A program made the translations under genes and the position numbers. Below, in pieces: positions 24,901 to 39,200 of a stretch of DNA of 64,000 nucleotides. Source of the stretch: Daphnia carinata (Eukaryota); assembly GCF_022539665.2 (NCBI RefSeq), contig NC_081333.1, forward strand, positions 4,960,001 to 5,024,000. Reading direction: 5' to 3'. Numbering within the stretch: the first letter of the stretch is position 1; every line of letters begins with the position of its first letter. The notes beneath the pieces were generated by a model that saw only the letters and a program-made list of their open reading frames with translations, was not told where the DNA came from and searched no databases.

Positions 24901-27900
24901 ATTCGATGAGTTGTAGCCTTTTCACACACAAGTAACTCTAAATAATTAAACGCAAAACGTAAAAATGTTTATGTATCCTATACTTTTGGGCACGGATTAA
25001 GTGCCTTTCTTCGACGGTCATTTCTTTTTTCAGCTTTCTAACGGATTGGGTGTTCTCCTCCCCCTCGCCTTCAACATGAGATCCCGTGATCCATATCCAA
25101 TATTGATATCATGGAAATCAATAATAAGGAATAGTGTTACGTGCTCCTGGACATTTTCTTGGGCACTGCTCAGCGATGGTACCGATTTCGGTTTGCTACA
25201 TAAGACGATAATAAATTAATGTAGTTACTAGTTGAAAATGCATCTAAGTGAAATGATAATTAAAGAATGGCTCTCAGATACTATCTAGCAGGAAGATTAG
25301 AACGAAAAGCCTTTAAACCATAAAAATAAAATTAATTTAGATTCAATTACACATATGTGTCCATTCATAGCTGGGTGTGTAGTTGGTTTTCTCCTCAACA
25401 ACAGAATTGGATGTCTTGCTTCTGTAAATTGAAATCCGTTAAAGCTCAGTACTTGCATCTTGAGATTAATGTCTTGACGTAACTAACAGCTGTAATGCTG
25501 TTATTTCATCTGAACGATAAGAAAAATGATTACATAAATTTCACGAACAAAAAATCTGTGAAAATCTAGATTACCAGAAGGATGATAGCTATAAGGCAGC
25601 TAACAAGTTGGTTCCCAAATGGTTCATGGTAAATCATGCTCTAGTTTCATGATTCTCCTTGAAAGTAACCACCTAAGAAACATTTCGGATTAGTAATGTG
25701 TGTCAAATTTCCAACTGCAACTAATAAAATTATGTCTACACTTTAAATACCTTTCCTTCCAAGTAAATTTTTTTCTTCTGTGGTGCTAATGCCAACATGA
25801 ATTTGAAATGTACCAAAACTGCCAAACCTAGGTAATAGAAAATTTTTAATTTTACTGAAACTAGCCACTTACCTGTCAAACAAACACCGCTTACAATAAG
25901 CAACTTCAACGATTCATAGAATTGTAGGATGTTGACACTTCGAGCTTGAAACAGTCGTCTGCTTGTAGTAACCGTTGCCATATATATCGTAAAAAACAAT
26001 ATTTTGCGCAAGGGCAAACAGTGTTTTATTATGAAATTAACGTTTCTTACATTATTTTTATATAATAATTTTCTTAGTTATCTGTGTATTAAGAGGTACT
26101 TATGTGCCCTCCCAAGAATCCTCATTGAGGCACGAAGAAAAAAAAAGTGAATAGCGACACTAGTAAAGGGCGGGTGATGGTAGGCCTGAAAACACCAGTG
26201 AAATGCGAAAATCCAAATACTGTATAAACAAAATTACTTTTCTATTAAATGAGCTCTAAAAAGCAATAGAAAAAGCATATAATCCTGCAAAAATATTATG
26301 AATGTAAATTTTTTTAAAAAAGTTATAATGCAGTGAAAAGGCGTCATATTGATAACGGTGTTTGAAGTGCAGAAACCAATATAAGCCGTTCGGTTTCTTT
26401 TTCAACATATCGGAAAATTAAGCCCATTACACATTTAATTTTTTTAAGATGGAGAAATAGGACCTCAAGGCTGGAGAAATAGGACCCTTCAAAAAATGTT
26501 TGAAGATTGGGTCCTATTTCTCCAGGTCCTATTTCTCCAGGTCCTATTTGTAGGTCCTAAATCTCCGGGTCCTATTTCTCCAGGTCCTATTTCTCCGGCT
26601 ACCAGAACTTAAACATGTTAAAGACTCCCCTTTGCCAATATTTAGAACGGTGTCAGGAGAAATACTAAAATCAAAAGGGAAATATGGATTTTCAATCACC
26701 ATTAACACCCATCACGTCATTAAGCATGATTTCTTTATTATGGAAAACTTGAACGAAACTTGCATATTAGGATTAGACTTCTTATCGAGCAACAATGTAA
26801 AAATTAATACTAAAAACAGGCAGATCAATTACGATCATTCCGGAAAAGAACATAGCTTTGGTAAATACACACTCCCAGTATATAGCATAACTTTTGGCAA
26901 GACAGGTATTAATATTCCACTCCTCCCAGACCGTTCGTCAGATAGTAACTACAACAACGATCTGACAGTAGCAGATTATCGCAGCCTAGAATCTTTCTCC
27001 CAATCAGAAATTAACAAGAAATCTAAGCGAATTGGACAAACCCAAGAGAGTGAAACGACTAACATCTCCGACGAGATACGCATTAAAATTGAAAATCTAT
27101 TGAAGAAACACGAAACTCTATTTGCAGAAAGAGAATCAGATTTGGGTCTAGCAACTGATGTAAAACATTCCATTAACATAGGATACAACGCCCCAATTAC
27201 TCAACGATTGCGTAGAACACCAGAAGCATTAAAACTAATTGTCAAAACAAAGATTGAAGTAATGGTAAATAACAATATTATTAGAGAAAGTCACAGCCCA
27301 TTTGCAGCAGCAATTGTAATGGTTCCCAAAAAAGATGGAGAAATGCGTATGTGTATTGATTATAGGGCACTTAACAAAATAACCGTAAAAGACAAATACC
27401 CATTACCAAGAATCGACGACACAATTGATGCATTGAGCGGATCAGTTTACTTCTCAACATTGGACTTACTAAGTGGCTACTGGCAGATCGAGATAGAAGA
27501 AAACGACAAACACAAAACCGCCTTCATTTGTGAACTTGGACAATACGAATTTAATAGAATGCCATTTGGACTAACAAATGCACCAAGCACTTTTCAACGA
27601 GCAATGAACAACATATTGAAATCAGTATTGTTCAGGTTCGCATTGGTTTACCTGGATGACATCATAGTGTTCAGTAATGATATTGCTGAACATGTGATAC
27701 ATCTAGAAGCAGTGTTTAAACTTCTTAAAGACGCAGGACTAAAATTAAAAAGAAAGAAATGCGAATTTTTCAAAGAAGAATTAGACTATTTAGGATATAT
27801 TGTTTCGAAAAAAGGAATAACACCGAGTACAAAAAAGTTAGAAGCAATCAGCAAATACCCAGCTCCCAAAAACGTGAAAGAATTAAGCTCATTTCTAGGT

Positions 27901-30237
27901 TTGGCTAGCTATTACAGAAAGTTCATCAGGGCTTTTGCTGATAAAGCCCACCCACTGACAGCGCTAACGAGAAAATCAGCCGAGTGGAAATGGGGAGAGG
28001 AACAAAGGGACGCCTTTGATTGTATCAAGAACTGTCTCATAACTAGACCTATCCTAGGGTATCCAGATTTCATGCGCGAATTTATCATCTACACAGATGC
28101 CTCAGGATACGGTATAGGAGCAGTCTTGGCTCAGATGCAAACTCTACCTCAATCAGCGGATTCAGCGGAGTCCGACGTACAGGAACCCCGTGAATCAGAC
28201 GGCGCGGAAGTCGTCATAGCGTATAGCTCTAAACATCTGAACGACCGCGAAGCCAAGTGGTCAACCACAGAGAAAGAGGCTTACGCCATCATCCACGCAA
28301 TTGACGTATTTAGAACGTATCTATACGGACGCAGATTCACCGTATTTACAGACCATAGACCTTTAGAATGGTTAATGAGCGAGACAGAACCCGCAGGAAG
28401 ATTAGCTAGATGGGCACTAAAAATACAAGAATTCGACATCGTCATTGGGTACCGGCCTGGGAAGTCGCACCAAAATGCAGACACCCTAAGCCGTATTCCC
28501 ATAGTGCCAATAGCACGAGTAGAAACAAGGGCAATGGAAAGAGGAACTGTCATAAGAGAGCTAGAAAATATTCGAAAAGAAGGTGAAAATCTAAAAGAAA
28601 AACTAAGGATTGAAAGATTAAAGAAACCAGAACAACTGGAGAAAGAAAACGAAAGTATTCAAAAAGAAAACGAAAGTTTTGAGAGGGAAAGTCAAAGGAA
28701 GAGCGTAGGTTTTGAAAGAGAAATTGGAAGTGAAAGTAAAAGGTCTGAGAAAGAAGACAGATGGATAGAATTACAGCAAGCAGATAAATATTGTCAAAAA
28801 CTAATGATGGATATACAAGAAGATAGCCAGAAAAATAGAAATAAAAAATTCTCAAGCAACTTTATAATCAATGAAAAGGGTCTATTAACAGATAGACAAG
28901 GAAAATTAGTAGTCCCTGTACCGTTAATCGACGGAATTTTACGAGCAAATCATGATCACATGATGGCAGGGCATTTAGGAATCGAAAAAACAATAGCCAG
29001 ACTTAGAGAACAATACTTCTTCCCATACATGAGACAAAACGTAACAGAGCACATCAAAAATTGCCTTAAATGCGCAAAACGCAAGGCTGTGGGAGGAAGT
29101 AAAGCACCATTGCAACCTATGCCCCCAGCCGAAAGGGTGTGGGAAAGACTTGCGATGGATATTGTGGGTCCCGTTCAAGAAAGCGCAAAGGGACATAAGT
29201 ATATTTTAGTCCTATCAGATTATGCCAGTCGTTTCGTCTTCACGGTTCCAATGAGAGATCAAACTGCCCAAACAATTGCTACAATACTGGTTAATGATAT
29301 TTATACAAAATATGGATCCCCCGAAGTAGTACTAACAGATCTAGGAACTAATTTCCTGTCGAGCTTAATCCAAGATATTTGCAAATTATTTAAAATCAAA
29401 CAAATCAGAACAACAGCATACCATCCCCAGACAGACGGATTAGTAGAACGATTTAACAGAACCCTATGTGACATGTTGGCTTGCTACGTAACGGATGAAC
29501 CAGAAAATTGGGACAAATATCTACCATTTGTCACATTTGCTTACAACACAGCGAAGCAATCAACACTGCAACAAAACCCATTCTTTCTATTCTTCGGGAG
29601 ACAACCAGTGCTCCCAAACGACATCAAAATAGACAGGCGATACGAAACATACGAGGATACCAGTGTAATGTACTCACACCAATGGAAGAAGGCTCAGCAA
29701 CTAGCGAAGGAACACCTATTTCGGGCACAGACAAAACAAAAAAGATACTACGACAAAGGAACACAAGCGATCAAATATAACATTGGTGACTTTGTGCTAC
29801 TGAAAGCTCCACCAACTGCCGGAAAATTCATCAACAGGTGGAATGGACCATTCAAAATCATCAGAAATTTCTCAAATCTCACTTATGAGATTCAACACGC
29901 GAGCAATGAAAAACTAAAATCAGTGGTACACGTCAACCGCCTAAAGCTCTACGTCCCGGCAAACCAAGAAACAGAAGAATTATCTAGTGTTCCACAACAA
30001 CCAGGAAGTGAAACAGTGCGACGAGGACCAGGCAGACCAAGAAACAACTTCATCAACAACAAAAGAATACCTGTCCGTAGAGCGTGTTGGCATCGGCATC
30101 ATCATGCAGCAGAAACGGAAAATTGTAAAATCATCGCACCAAATCTCCCCGGTCCTATACCAATTAATCCTGCACACACTAGAATGACGAATCCACGATA
30201 CAACTTACGGCAACGCAACGAAGTCTCGAGATTCTAA
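21885..30237 (+). CDS. pol: Pol (protease-RT-RNase H-integrase), split in the protease by a MULE (22142-26612); otherwise open
   Basis: LVDTGA (~22065); YLDD; TDAS…EKEAYA…TDH; HHCC and DDE integrase; W-x-GPF. Removing the insert and one TSD copy restores the frame …EELKHVKDSPLPIFR…. Pol is in the -1 frame relative to gag. Confidence 0.96.
22142..26603. mobile_element. Non-autonomous Mutator-like element with long diverged TIRs and GAAATAGGAC arrays
   Basis: 9-bp TSD AGAACTTAA (22133-22141 and 26604-26612). G…C termini. 15-bp GGAGAAATAGGACC(T/C) repeats at both ends, inverted. Degenerate inverted similarity extends to ~22700 and ~26060. Confidence 0.95.
23380..25380. mobile_element. Probable second DNA transposon nested in the MULE (CCC start, GGACGTCC palindrome array, decayed minus-strand gene)
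   Basis: CCCTACTAGC start, then many GGACGTCC-like palindromes at 23400-23670, then exon-like remnants. Right boundary is a guess (…AGCTGGG at ~25376). No TSD confirmed. Confidence 0.45.
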
Positions 30238-30261
30238 AACGTCCAAATTTTCTTTTCGCAG

Positions 30262-33200
30262 ATGGAACTGATACTATCACTCATCCAATTACTCACCATC
30301 ATTCCATCCACATATCCCATCTATTCAACCGTATGCGACTGCCAGAACGTAAAGACCAGAGGAATTTTAGATATAGAGGGACCCTATTACTGCAATAACA
30401 AAGAATCAGATACAGCTCACTTACCCAGAATACCCACGTTGTACACTTTAAAAACAACACAAAAACCAGCAGCCTCTTGGAAAGGCTGGACCTGCAAGCA
30501 ATGGATAAAAACGAAGAAAATAACTGGGTCATTCTGGATCGGATCTTTCGACACCATATATTCACAAGAAACTAAACTAATTTCCCCACTGGAATGCTGG
30601 AGAATGGTGAACGACAAGAAATGTGGCGATAATAACATGCAGACCGGACCAGCGGGTCTGAGTTTCACAGCCACCCCGACAGGCGAAGGGCAATGGTATG
30701 CCATAAAAACATATCACACCCTCAACTGTGTTGCAGAACAAATCACCTTACGGCAGGAAAAACAAGACGACCCAATCGAGAGCCCATTTGGACCATTAAA
30801 TACTACCCAGCAAGAAGGACACTTCATCCAAAATCAAAACACAATAGTATGGGGAGATAGGACAACAAATAATTCATATTCTCAAACCTTGATCAAAGGA
30901 AGCGGTTATCTGGAACTTCCGAGAATACCGGAACGCGAAAACACCAGCCGTCTTTACGACACCAATCGACAGATCGAGATTTCATTCTTCAACAAACCAG
31001 ATCGGGACATAACACCACAAGGTTACAAAGTTGTGGGCGTACCGCTCACATACCTAATCTTTCCAACCGAAACAACGAGAAAATTGTACGAGATGTTCAA
31101 AACAACTATACATACATGTATACAAAATACTCACATAGATACATCGGTATGCAAGGACTACAGGGAACTCCAGTTAACCAAGCGGAAACGATCCATTCAA
31201 CAGGAAGTTACATTCTTGCTCAACGCCCCCTCGGAAGACTCAGGAAAACGTCTGTACAGCATTTCGTACGCCTGGGGACCAATAAGAATGGGATATCAAC
31301 AGGCAATCAGGATCAACGAGAAGGACCGGAGTGTAAATTACAACGCCACTATATACATAATATACAAACCCGACGAAAACACTCAGTTAACCGCCCACTT
31401 TCGTCTCAAAGACGATGATCCACTTCCTCAAGGATCAGAATTCGAATACATCGTTGACCAAACAATAAGAATCCAGAACAGTAATATCTGTATCACGGAA
31501 GGAGAAGCAGGCCGACTAATTGTTGCTAAATGCTCAGAATTTTCAACACGGTGGATTCTAGATCAACAAAACCATCAATTAATTTCACAAGAATCGTATC
31601 TCTGTATTACACTAGGAACATACCAAGCTATCATATTGACAGAATGCAGAGATGATAAGAACAGCGTAACACAAAAATAGATCTTTGAAACTGTCAACAC
31701 CAATCCAGACATCATAGAAAATTTCCCAGACACAACTTTAGCAGAAATGCAGGAAATTCAACAAGAACAACGGAAGGCAATCACAACCACGATTAATTCG
31801 CCGCTATTTGGAGGAATTTTAAAAACTAATCACGGTAGCGGAAATATAATCTGGGATATGATTGCCTGGGGCCTATTGAAAAACGGAAAAACACCAAACG
31901 AAAAATGTCTAACACACCATGGAGTAAACAAGCAAATGACATTAGAAGAATGCGACAAAGAGTGGCCGCAATGTCAAGAAGAACTAAGAAAACTAATTAA
32001 CAGCAACGATCCATTAGTACAATCACAAACAATGGTAGCCAACTGTAGCAAAGCAACAGAACGAGGACAAGCTTTCGAATATACATCTGATTTCACCATC
32101 AGACCGTTCAACACAAACACCTGTATCAAAGCCAATACGACAATGCTAGTACTTCAAGAGTGCGCTAGCACCAGCTCAATCTGGGGCACATTTGAGCACA
32201 CAGGACAGCTCATGGCAACAGATAGAACTGGGCTACATTCACCCTCATCAGACAGGAAGTGTCTCACACAGAGAGTAGGACGGGTGACCCTGGGGCATTG
32301 TCACAGCTCCAGCCAAAAACAGCACTTTAACTTTGAATATCGCAACCCACACCAAATACGGACTCTCTCAGCGGCAGCCATCATAGCACTGCACACTAAA
32401 CAGCCATTGGACGGGAAAACACTCCCAACCATACCACCACTAATGAAAAGAGAGGATAACAACCAATCAGAGAACAGCAAAACTTTGGCCACACCCCCTG
32501 CCACGCCCACAACAGAAAAACACACAACAACGACAAGCGTTACAACGACTACAAAGCCCACAATAAAAACCACATTGGGAACAACAGCAAAAACAACGGT
32601 AAAAAGCACTACGACAATTAAACCAGTTACAAGCACATCAGCTAGCAAACCCACCACAACACAGAAAGTGACAACTAAACCCAGTATGACATCAACGTCA
32701 ACAAAACCCACCACAACTACAAAACCAATAATCACATCGACAAGCACTAAACCCACCACTACTACTAGACCTACGGCAACTGCTAAGATAACTTCAACTT
32801 CAACAACCACTACAACTACAAAACTTACGACAACAACAACAATGGCCACTACAACAAGTTCCACAACAACAGAGAAAACAACAACGCCTACTACGACAAG
32901 TTCCACAACAACAGCGACAACAACGACGCACCAGCCAAGCTCAATAACGCCGAGCACAAAAACAGTAATCGAAAGTTCGACTACCCAACAATCATCAACA
33001 CATACTGCCGGGAGGTCGGAGAAAAAGGCCCAGACGAAAAAGGCCCAGACGAAAAAGGCCCGCGAAAAAGGCCCAGACGAAAAAGGCCCATACGAAAAAG
33101 GCCCACTTTTTTCCAAATTCAAAAGTGGGCCTTTTTCTCCATTGGACTGGGCCTTTTTCTCCGCTCAATTTCCATTTTCTTACAAACTTTATTTTTGTTT

Positions 33201-36200
33201 CGAAAATTGTATTTCCCACCTCCTATTCCGTGGAATTTGGAATGTACAAAAGTTGCTGAAACCGTGATTTTCTTTAAGGTTTGCAGAGATCAAACAATGT
33301 TAGCGTTTGTACGCTAGTTAATCTTTGATTATTTATTCGGTTGCAATCTAATTTCGGATTATATTAGTATTTATATATTGCTAATATCCCGTTTAATAAA
33401 GTTCATTTTTCACAATTTTTGTTTATTGAACTACCATCGCTTTTTTAAATATAATACAAAAAATAAATGTTTTTCGCACTTAGCCTTGTTCTGTCCACCC
33501 TCTTTCATTATTCCCCCAACCCCCAGTCCATCTCCCATATAGCTTCTTTTTGTCGATACTTATGCCATAGGTAAAGACCACTGATTCGTTGGGAATACGG
33601 AAACTGAATGAGTTCCGCGGGGCTTTTGTGGTTGCTGGGAACAAAAATATATGTTACCACGAAGACTAGTTTATTATCATTAACATTTAATAAATAATGT
33701 TTATAGGAATAATATTACAAACTTAAATTATCGTCTGAGGCAAGGAACAAAACAAAGATTATGTAATTCAATATTGATTCTAATACCATTTATTCCTTAT
33801 ATATTTTCAATTCTTTTAACAATTACAAAGAGCCCAATAAATATATTAAAATCATAACCTACTGGTATAAATGATTCTGTTCATTCTTCGTGTCCTGTTT
33901 TCACCTTTTGCACATTTTCAAGCAGCTATTGATTACCTAATTACACATCACATAATACATTGAGATATAAGGAAGCTTTACACTTTACGTTAACAAAGCT
34001 ACTAATAATGACAAATCAATTTTCTACCATGACGGACTTTTTTTTAAAATGAGAGTCTGTTATTAGTGAAGACACTAAACCTTTTTAAATGAATCTAAGA
34101 TATTTTTTCTTCAAATTTTCCACGATCATGGAAGGCATGCCAGTGTATTTTTCTATAAAACTATCACGACATGGACGCACATGAAAGAACAAGAGTTTAG
34201 CTCATCCATGAGTCAGTATCAGTCTTTCATACGGTAAATTTGCCTTTTTTCTTTAGTTTATTCACTTTATGTTCTTTCTTTTCAGTTTTATTTTTCTCAA
34301 TGTTGGCTTTTCTCTTTTTCTGATGTTATTCCTTTCTCTTTTCCTTTTCTTCGATTCGTTCAGCGCAGTTTATGTTACTTTCTGATTTGATCTCGTTCAT
34401 TAATTGATTTGGCAAGCAATTCCACATAGTCTTTTTACCTATTGCAATACAGAAAGGTTAAAAGTTTTGAAGATCTTACAAATATTTTTGTCAAATTGAA
34501 AGTTTACCTGAAAACCTTCAGCTATTTGCAGAGCACCATTTCATGCCTGTTTCTCTTCAATGCTTCTTGCATTCTCAGCTTCAGCTTGGCCTACCAAGCT
34601 ATTCATTTTTGGTTTAAGTTTTATTTTCTTTCATTTTAATCGTTGCCACTTCTGGATATAAAGTGGTCTTTTTCAGAATGGGTGAGGAATTAGATAGTTC
34701 TCCAAAATCAAATTTGCTGGAAACTAGGCAGCCTTCACTGTTAAAAATTGGTGTTGCCAGTGTACTTGCTAGTCTTGGTTGAGGAATTTCTGTTTTAACA
34801 AACTCTGAAAGACCAGAGGTTGATGACACAGATACTGCCTTGGTGGCTCGAGCATGTTTGGCAATTCAGGACCTCTTCTTCTTACTTTTTCTTTTTAATT
34901 TCTTCTTCATTCCCTCTAACTTCCGTTTAAATTGGATTTTCGTTGTCTTATCAGACAATTCAAGCTTTTCCTCTAAAAATCAATGGAATAAACTGGCCGG
35001 TCTTCCTTAAATGTAAATGTTAAAACATACCTGTTAAGTGTGAGGCGTTCATTCAGTTTATGTTCTTTCTTCTCAGTTTTCTTTTTCTTAATGTTGGCTT
35101 TTCTCGTTTTCTGTTGTTATTCCTTTCTCTTTTCCTATTCTTCGATGCGTTCAGCCAACTTCTTTTTACTATCTGATTTGATTTCATCTTGTTTCATAAT
35201 AGATTTAGCAAGCCATTCCACATTGTTTTTTACCTATTGCAATACAGAAAGGTTAAAATTATTTAAGATCTTACAAATATGTATGTCAAATTGAAAGGTT
35301 ACCTGAAAACCTTCAGCTCTTTGCAAAGCACCTTTTCATGCCTGTTTCTCTTCAATACTTCTCACATTCCAACTTCAGCTTGGCCATCCAAGATTTTCAC
35401 TTTGGCTTTGAGTTTTTTTTTATCGTTGCTACTTTTCAATCTAAAGTGTTCTTGTTCAGAATGGGTGAGGGATTAGATAGTTCTCCTAAATCAAATTTGC
35501 TGAATACTAGGCAGCCTTCGCTGTTGAAAATTGGTGTTAGCGGTGTACTTGTTGGTCTTGGTTCAGGAATACCTGTTTTGACAAACTCTGTGGGATCAAA
35601 GGTTGATGACACTGATGCTGCCTCGGTGGCTTGTGCAAGTTGGGCAATTCAGGACCACTTCTTGTTATTTTTCTTTTTTAATTTCTTCTTCTTCAATTTT
35701 TCTAACTCCTTTTAAGTTTGGTTTTCATTGTTCTATCAGACAAATCCAGCCTTTTCCCTGAAAATAGATGGAATAAGCTGGCCCGTCTTCCTTAAACGTA
35801 AAGATTAACACATACCTGTTAAGTGTGAGGTGTTAGCTGCTAGACATTCTTTCTGTTCAACACCAACCTTATTGCTATTGAGATCGTCAACTGTAGATAC
35901 ACTTTCAATTGGAATGTTGGTCAATAAGCTAGAAATCATGATTTTTTGGGTCCACATTTCCTATAAATTTTGTTTAGACGACACTTTCAAGTTCTTGTTT
36001 TCTCTTTTTCCATTTACAAAAACTGCCTCTCATATTATAACCTTTAAACTTTATTATTATATACCTTGATTTCTCAACATTATCACTGATCACTCCATAG
36101 ATCAAACTATACGAAACAAGTCTATTGTTATTTTCTTCAGGGAACGGCATTTTCAAGTCAAATCTAGCGTCAGGACGCCACTAACAATGGCGGACGGTTT

Positions 36201-39200
36201 TTAACATAAAATTTTAAAATTTTTTAATTCTTTTATTACAAATTCAACAAAATTTAGTTCCTTTGTATAACAATAATAATGAATTATAATAATAGAACAA
36301 TAACAAAGGAACTAAATTTTGTTGAATTTAATAAAGCTTTAGCTAAAAGTTTTAATAACAGCTTTCCATCATCCGCTCTGCAAAGAGCTGAAGGTTTTCA
36401 GGTAAACTTTCAATTTGACAATGTAAGATTTTAAATAATTTTAACCTTTCTGTATTGCAATAGGTAAAAAACCATGTGGAATTGCTTGCTAAATCTATTA
36501 AGAAACAAGATGAAATCAAATCAAATTGTAAAAGAAGTTGGCTGAACGCATCGAAGAATAGGAAAAGAGAAAGGAATAACAAGAGAAAACGAGAAAAGCA
36601 AACATTAAGAAAAAGAAAACTGAAAAGAAAGAACATAAACCGAATGAACACCTCACACTTAACTGGTATGTGTTAACATTTACATTTAAGGAAGACCGGC
36701 CAGTTTATTCCATTGATTTTCAGGGAAAAAGCTGGAATTGTCTGATAAGACAACGAAAATCAAACTTAAACGGAAGTTAGAGGGAATGAACAAGAATTTA
36801 AAAAGGAAAAGTAAGAAGAAGAGGTCCTGAATTGCCAAACATGCTTGAGCCACCAAGGCAGCTTCTGTGTCATCAACCTCTGGTCTTTCAGAGTTTGTTA
36901 AAACAGAAATTCCTAAACCAAGACTAGCAAGTACACTGCCAACACCAATTTTTAACAGTGAAGGCTGCCTAGTTTCCAGCAAATGTGATTTTGGAGAACT
37001 ATCTAATTCCTCACCCATACTGAAAAAGACCACTTCAGATCCAGAAGTGGCAACGATTAAAATGAAAGAAAATAAAACTTAAACCAAAAATGAAAATCTT
37101 GGTAGGCCAAGCTGAAGTTCAAATGCAAGAAGTATTGAAGAGAAACAGGCATGAAATGGTGCTCTGCAAATAGCTGAAGGTTTTCAGGTAAACTTTCAAT
37201 TTCTTCAAAACTTTTACTCTCAAGATCTTCAAAACTTTTAACCTTTCTGTATTGCAATAGGTAAAAGACTATGTGGAATTGCTTGCCAAATCAATTAATG
37301 AACGAGATCAAATCAGAAAGTAACATAAATTGCGCTGAACGAAACGAAGAAAAGGAAAAGAGAAAACAATAACAACAGAAAAAAAGACAAACCAACATTA
37401 AGAAAAATTAAACTGAAAAGAAAGAACATTAAGTGAATAAACCAAAGAAAAACAGTCAAATTTATCGTATGAAATAATGATACTGTCTCATGGACGAGCT
37501 AAACTCGTGTTCTTTCATGTGCAAGCCATGTCGTGATAGTTTTTTATAACAATACACTAGCATGCTTTCAATGACCGTGGAAAATTTAAAGAAACAAAAT
37601 CTAAGATTCATTTTAAAAGGTTTAGTGTCTTCACCAATAACAGACTCCCATAAAAAAAGTTCTTCATGGTATAAAATAATTACAATGGATTTGTAATTGT
37701 TAGTAGCATTGTTAATGTCAAGTGCAAAGCTTCCTTATATTTCACTGTAGTATGTGTGTGTAATAAGGTAACCAATAGATGCTAGAAAATGTGCATAAGG
37801 GAAAACAAGACACGAAGAACGTAAAAAATCATTTATAATTGCTGGAAAAGCGCGCGTTCTTACCAGAGACGTAGATGGTTCTCTCGTACTAAAGGTGACG
37901 TTATTCTTTAACAAAAGGTTGCTCTGTAACAAAAGCAATGCATTAACTATTTAAGTTTTACTCATAGACGTTCCTAGGCAAATCAAATATTCCTGTTTTG
38001 CTCGAAATATTTATTGCTTGGGTGAAAAGCGCTCCAATCCCAGTCAGCAGTCACCGCCTAGCTGGCATAGTTATAGCAGTAGGTTATGATTTTAATACAT
38101 TAATTTGGCTCTTTGTAATTGTGTGAAGAATTGAAAATGTGATAAGGAAATAAATGGTATGAGAATGAATATTGAATTATAATATTCTTTTTTTTTACTT
38201 TCAAAACTACTTTGTAAATTTCACACGATAAGTGCGAAAAACATGTATTTCTTATATTATATTTAAAGCAGCTATAGTAGTTCAATAAACAAAACTTGTG
38301 AAAAATGAACTTTATTTAACGGGATATTAGCAATAGATATATACTAACATAATTCAAAATCAGATTGCTACCGAATAAAAAAATATAAATTACCTAGCGT
38401 ACAAACGCTAACATTGTTTCATCGGCAAACCTTATTGAAAGTCACGGTTTCAGCAACCTTTGTACATTCCAACTTCCACGGAATAGGAGGTGGGAAATAT
38501 TTTTTGGAAACATGTTAAAGATTGTAGGAATTTGGAAATTTAACGGAGAAAAAGGCCCAGTCAATGGAGAAAAAGGCCCACTTTTCAATTTGGAAAAAAG
38601 TGGGCCTTTTTCGTGTGGGCCTTTTTCGTATGGGCCTTTTTCGCGGGCCTTTTTCGTCTGGGCCTTTTTCGTCTGGGCCTTTTTCTCCGCCAATCTACTG
38701 CCGGAGTAACCCCTTTAGCACTAACGGGAACAACGTCTACAACAGAAGGAACTCAAATTCAGGCCATCGAAGAAAGCAGTATTCGAAACTTGCCGTTAGC
38801 TGATTCTTTGATAATTTCAATGGATCAAAAAGCTGAAGATACATCAAACAATGAAAATTTAGAAGCCGATTTACCCAAAAACATTGAAGAATTCAACGAC
38901 AAAATTAAATACGAAATAAGTAAAATGCACGACCAATATAAGATAAGCATCGAAACTGAACACGAAAACAAGTTGGCAAAAGAAATTCGGGACGTTTATT
39001 GTCAACTATCAGCAATCAAAAGAACACAAGCAGTTATATTAGCCCAAACCAACGGAATTTTAGCAGCAGCAGCAGTAGGTTTACCAATCTGCACAAGACT
39101 ACAAGGCTTCGGTCAAGCAATGACACTTCAACAATGCGAGGCAAAAAGAATTTTTATATCAGCAAACGAAACCAAATGTGGATTTCAGCCGTTTTTTACT

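Noticed and set aside
32301..33122. 273-aa Val-rich minus-strand ORF
   Set aside because: Antisense shadow of the Thr-rich (ACN) mucin tract plus the TIR.
33020..33160. Regular short repeats (GAAAAAGGCCC; also GAAATAGGAC, GGACGTCC, TGCCCCC arrays) as a CRISPR array
   Set aside because: No unique spacers, eukaryotic context, and the arrays are inverted at TSD-bounded transposon ends.
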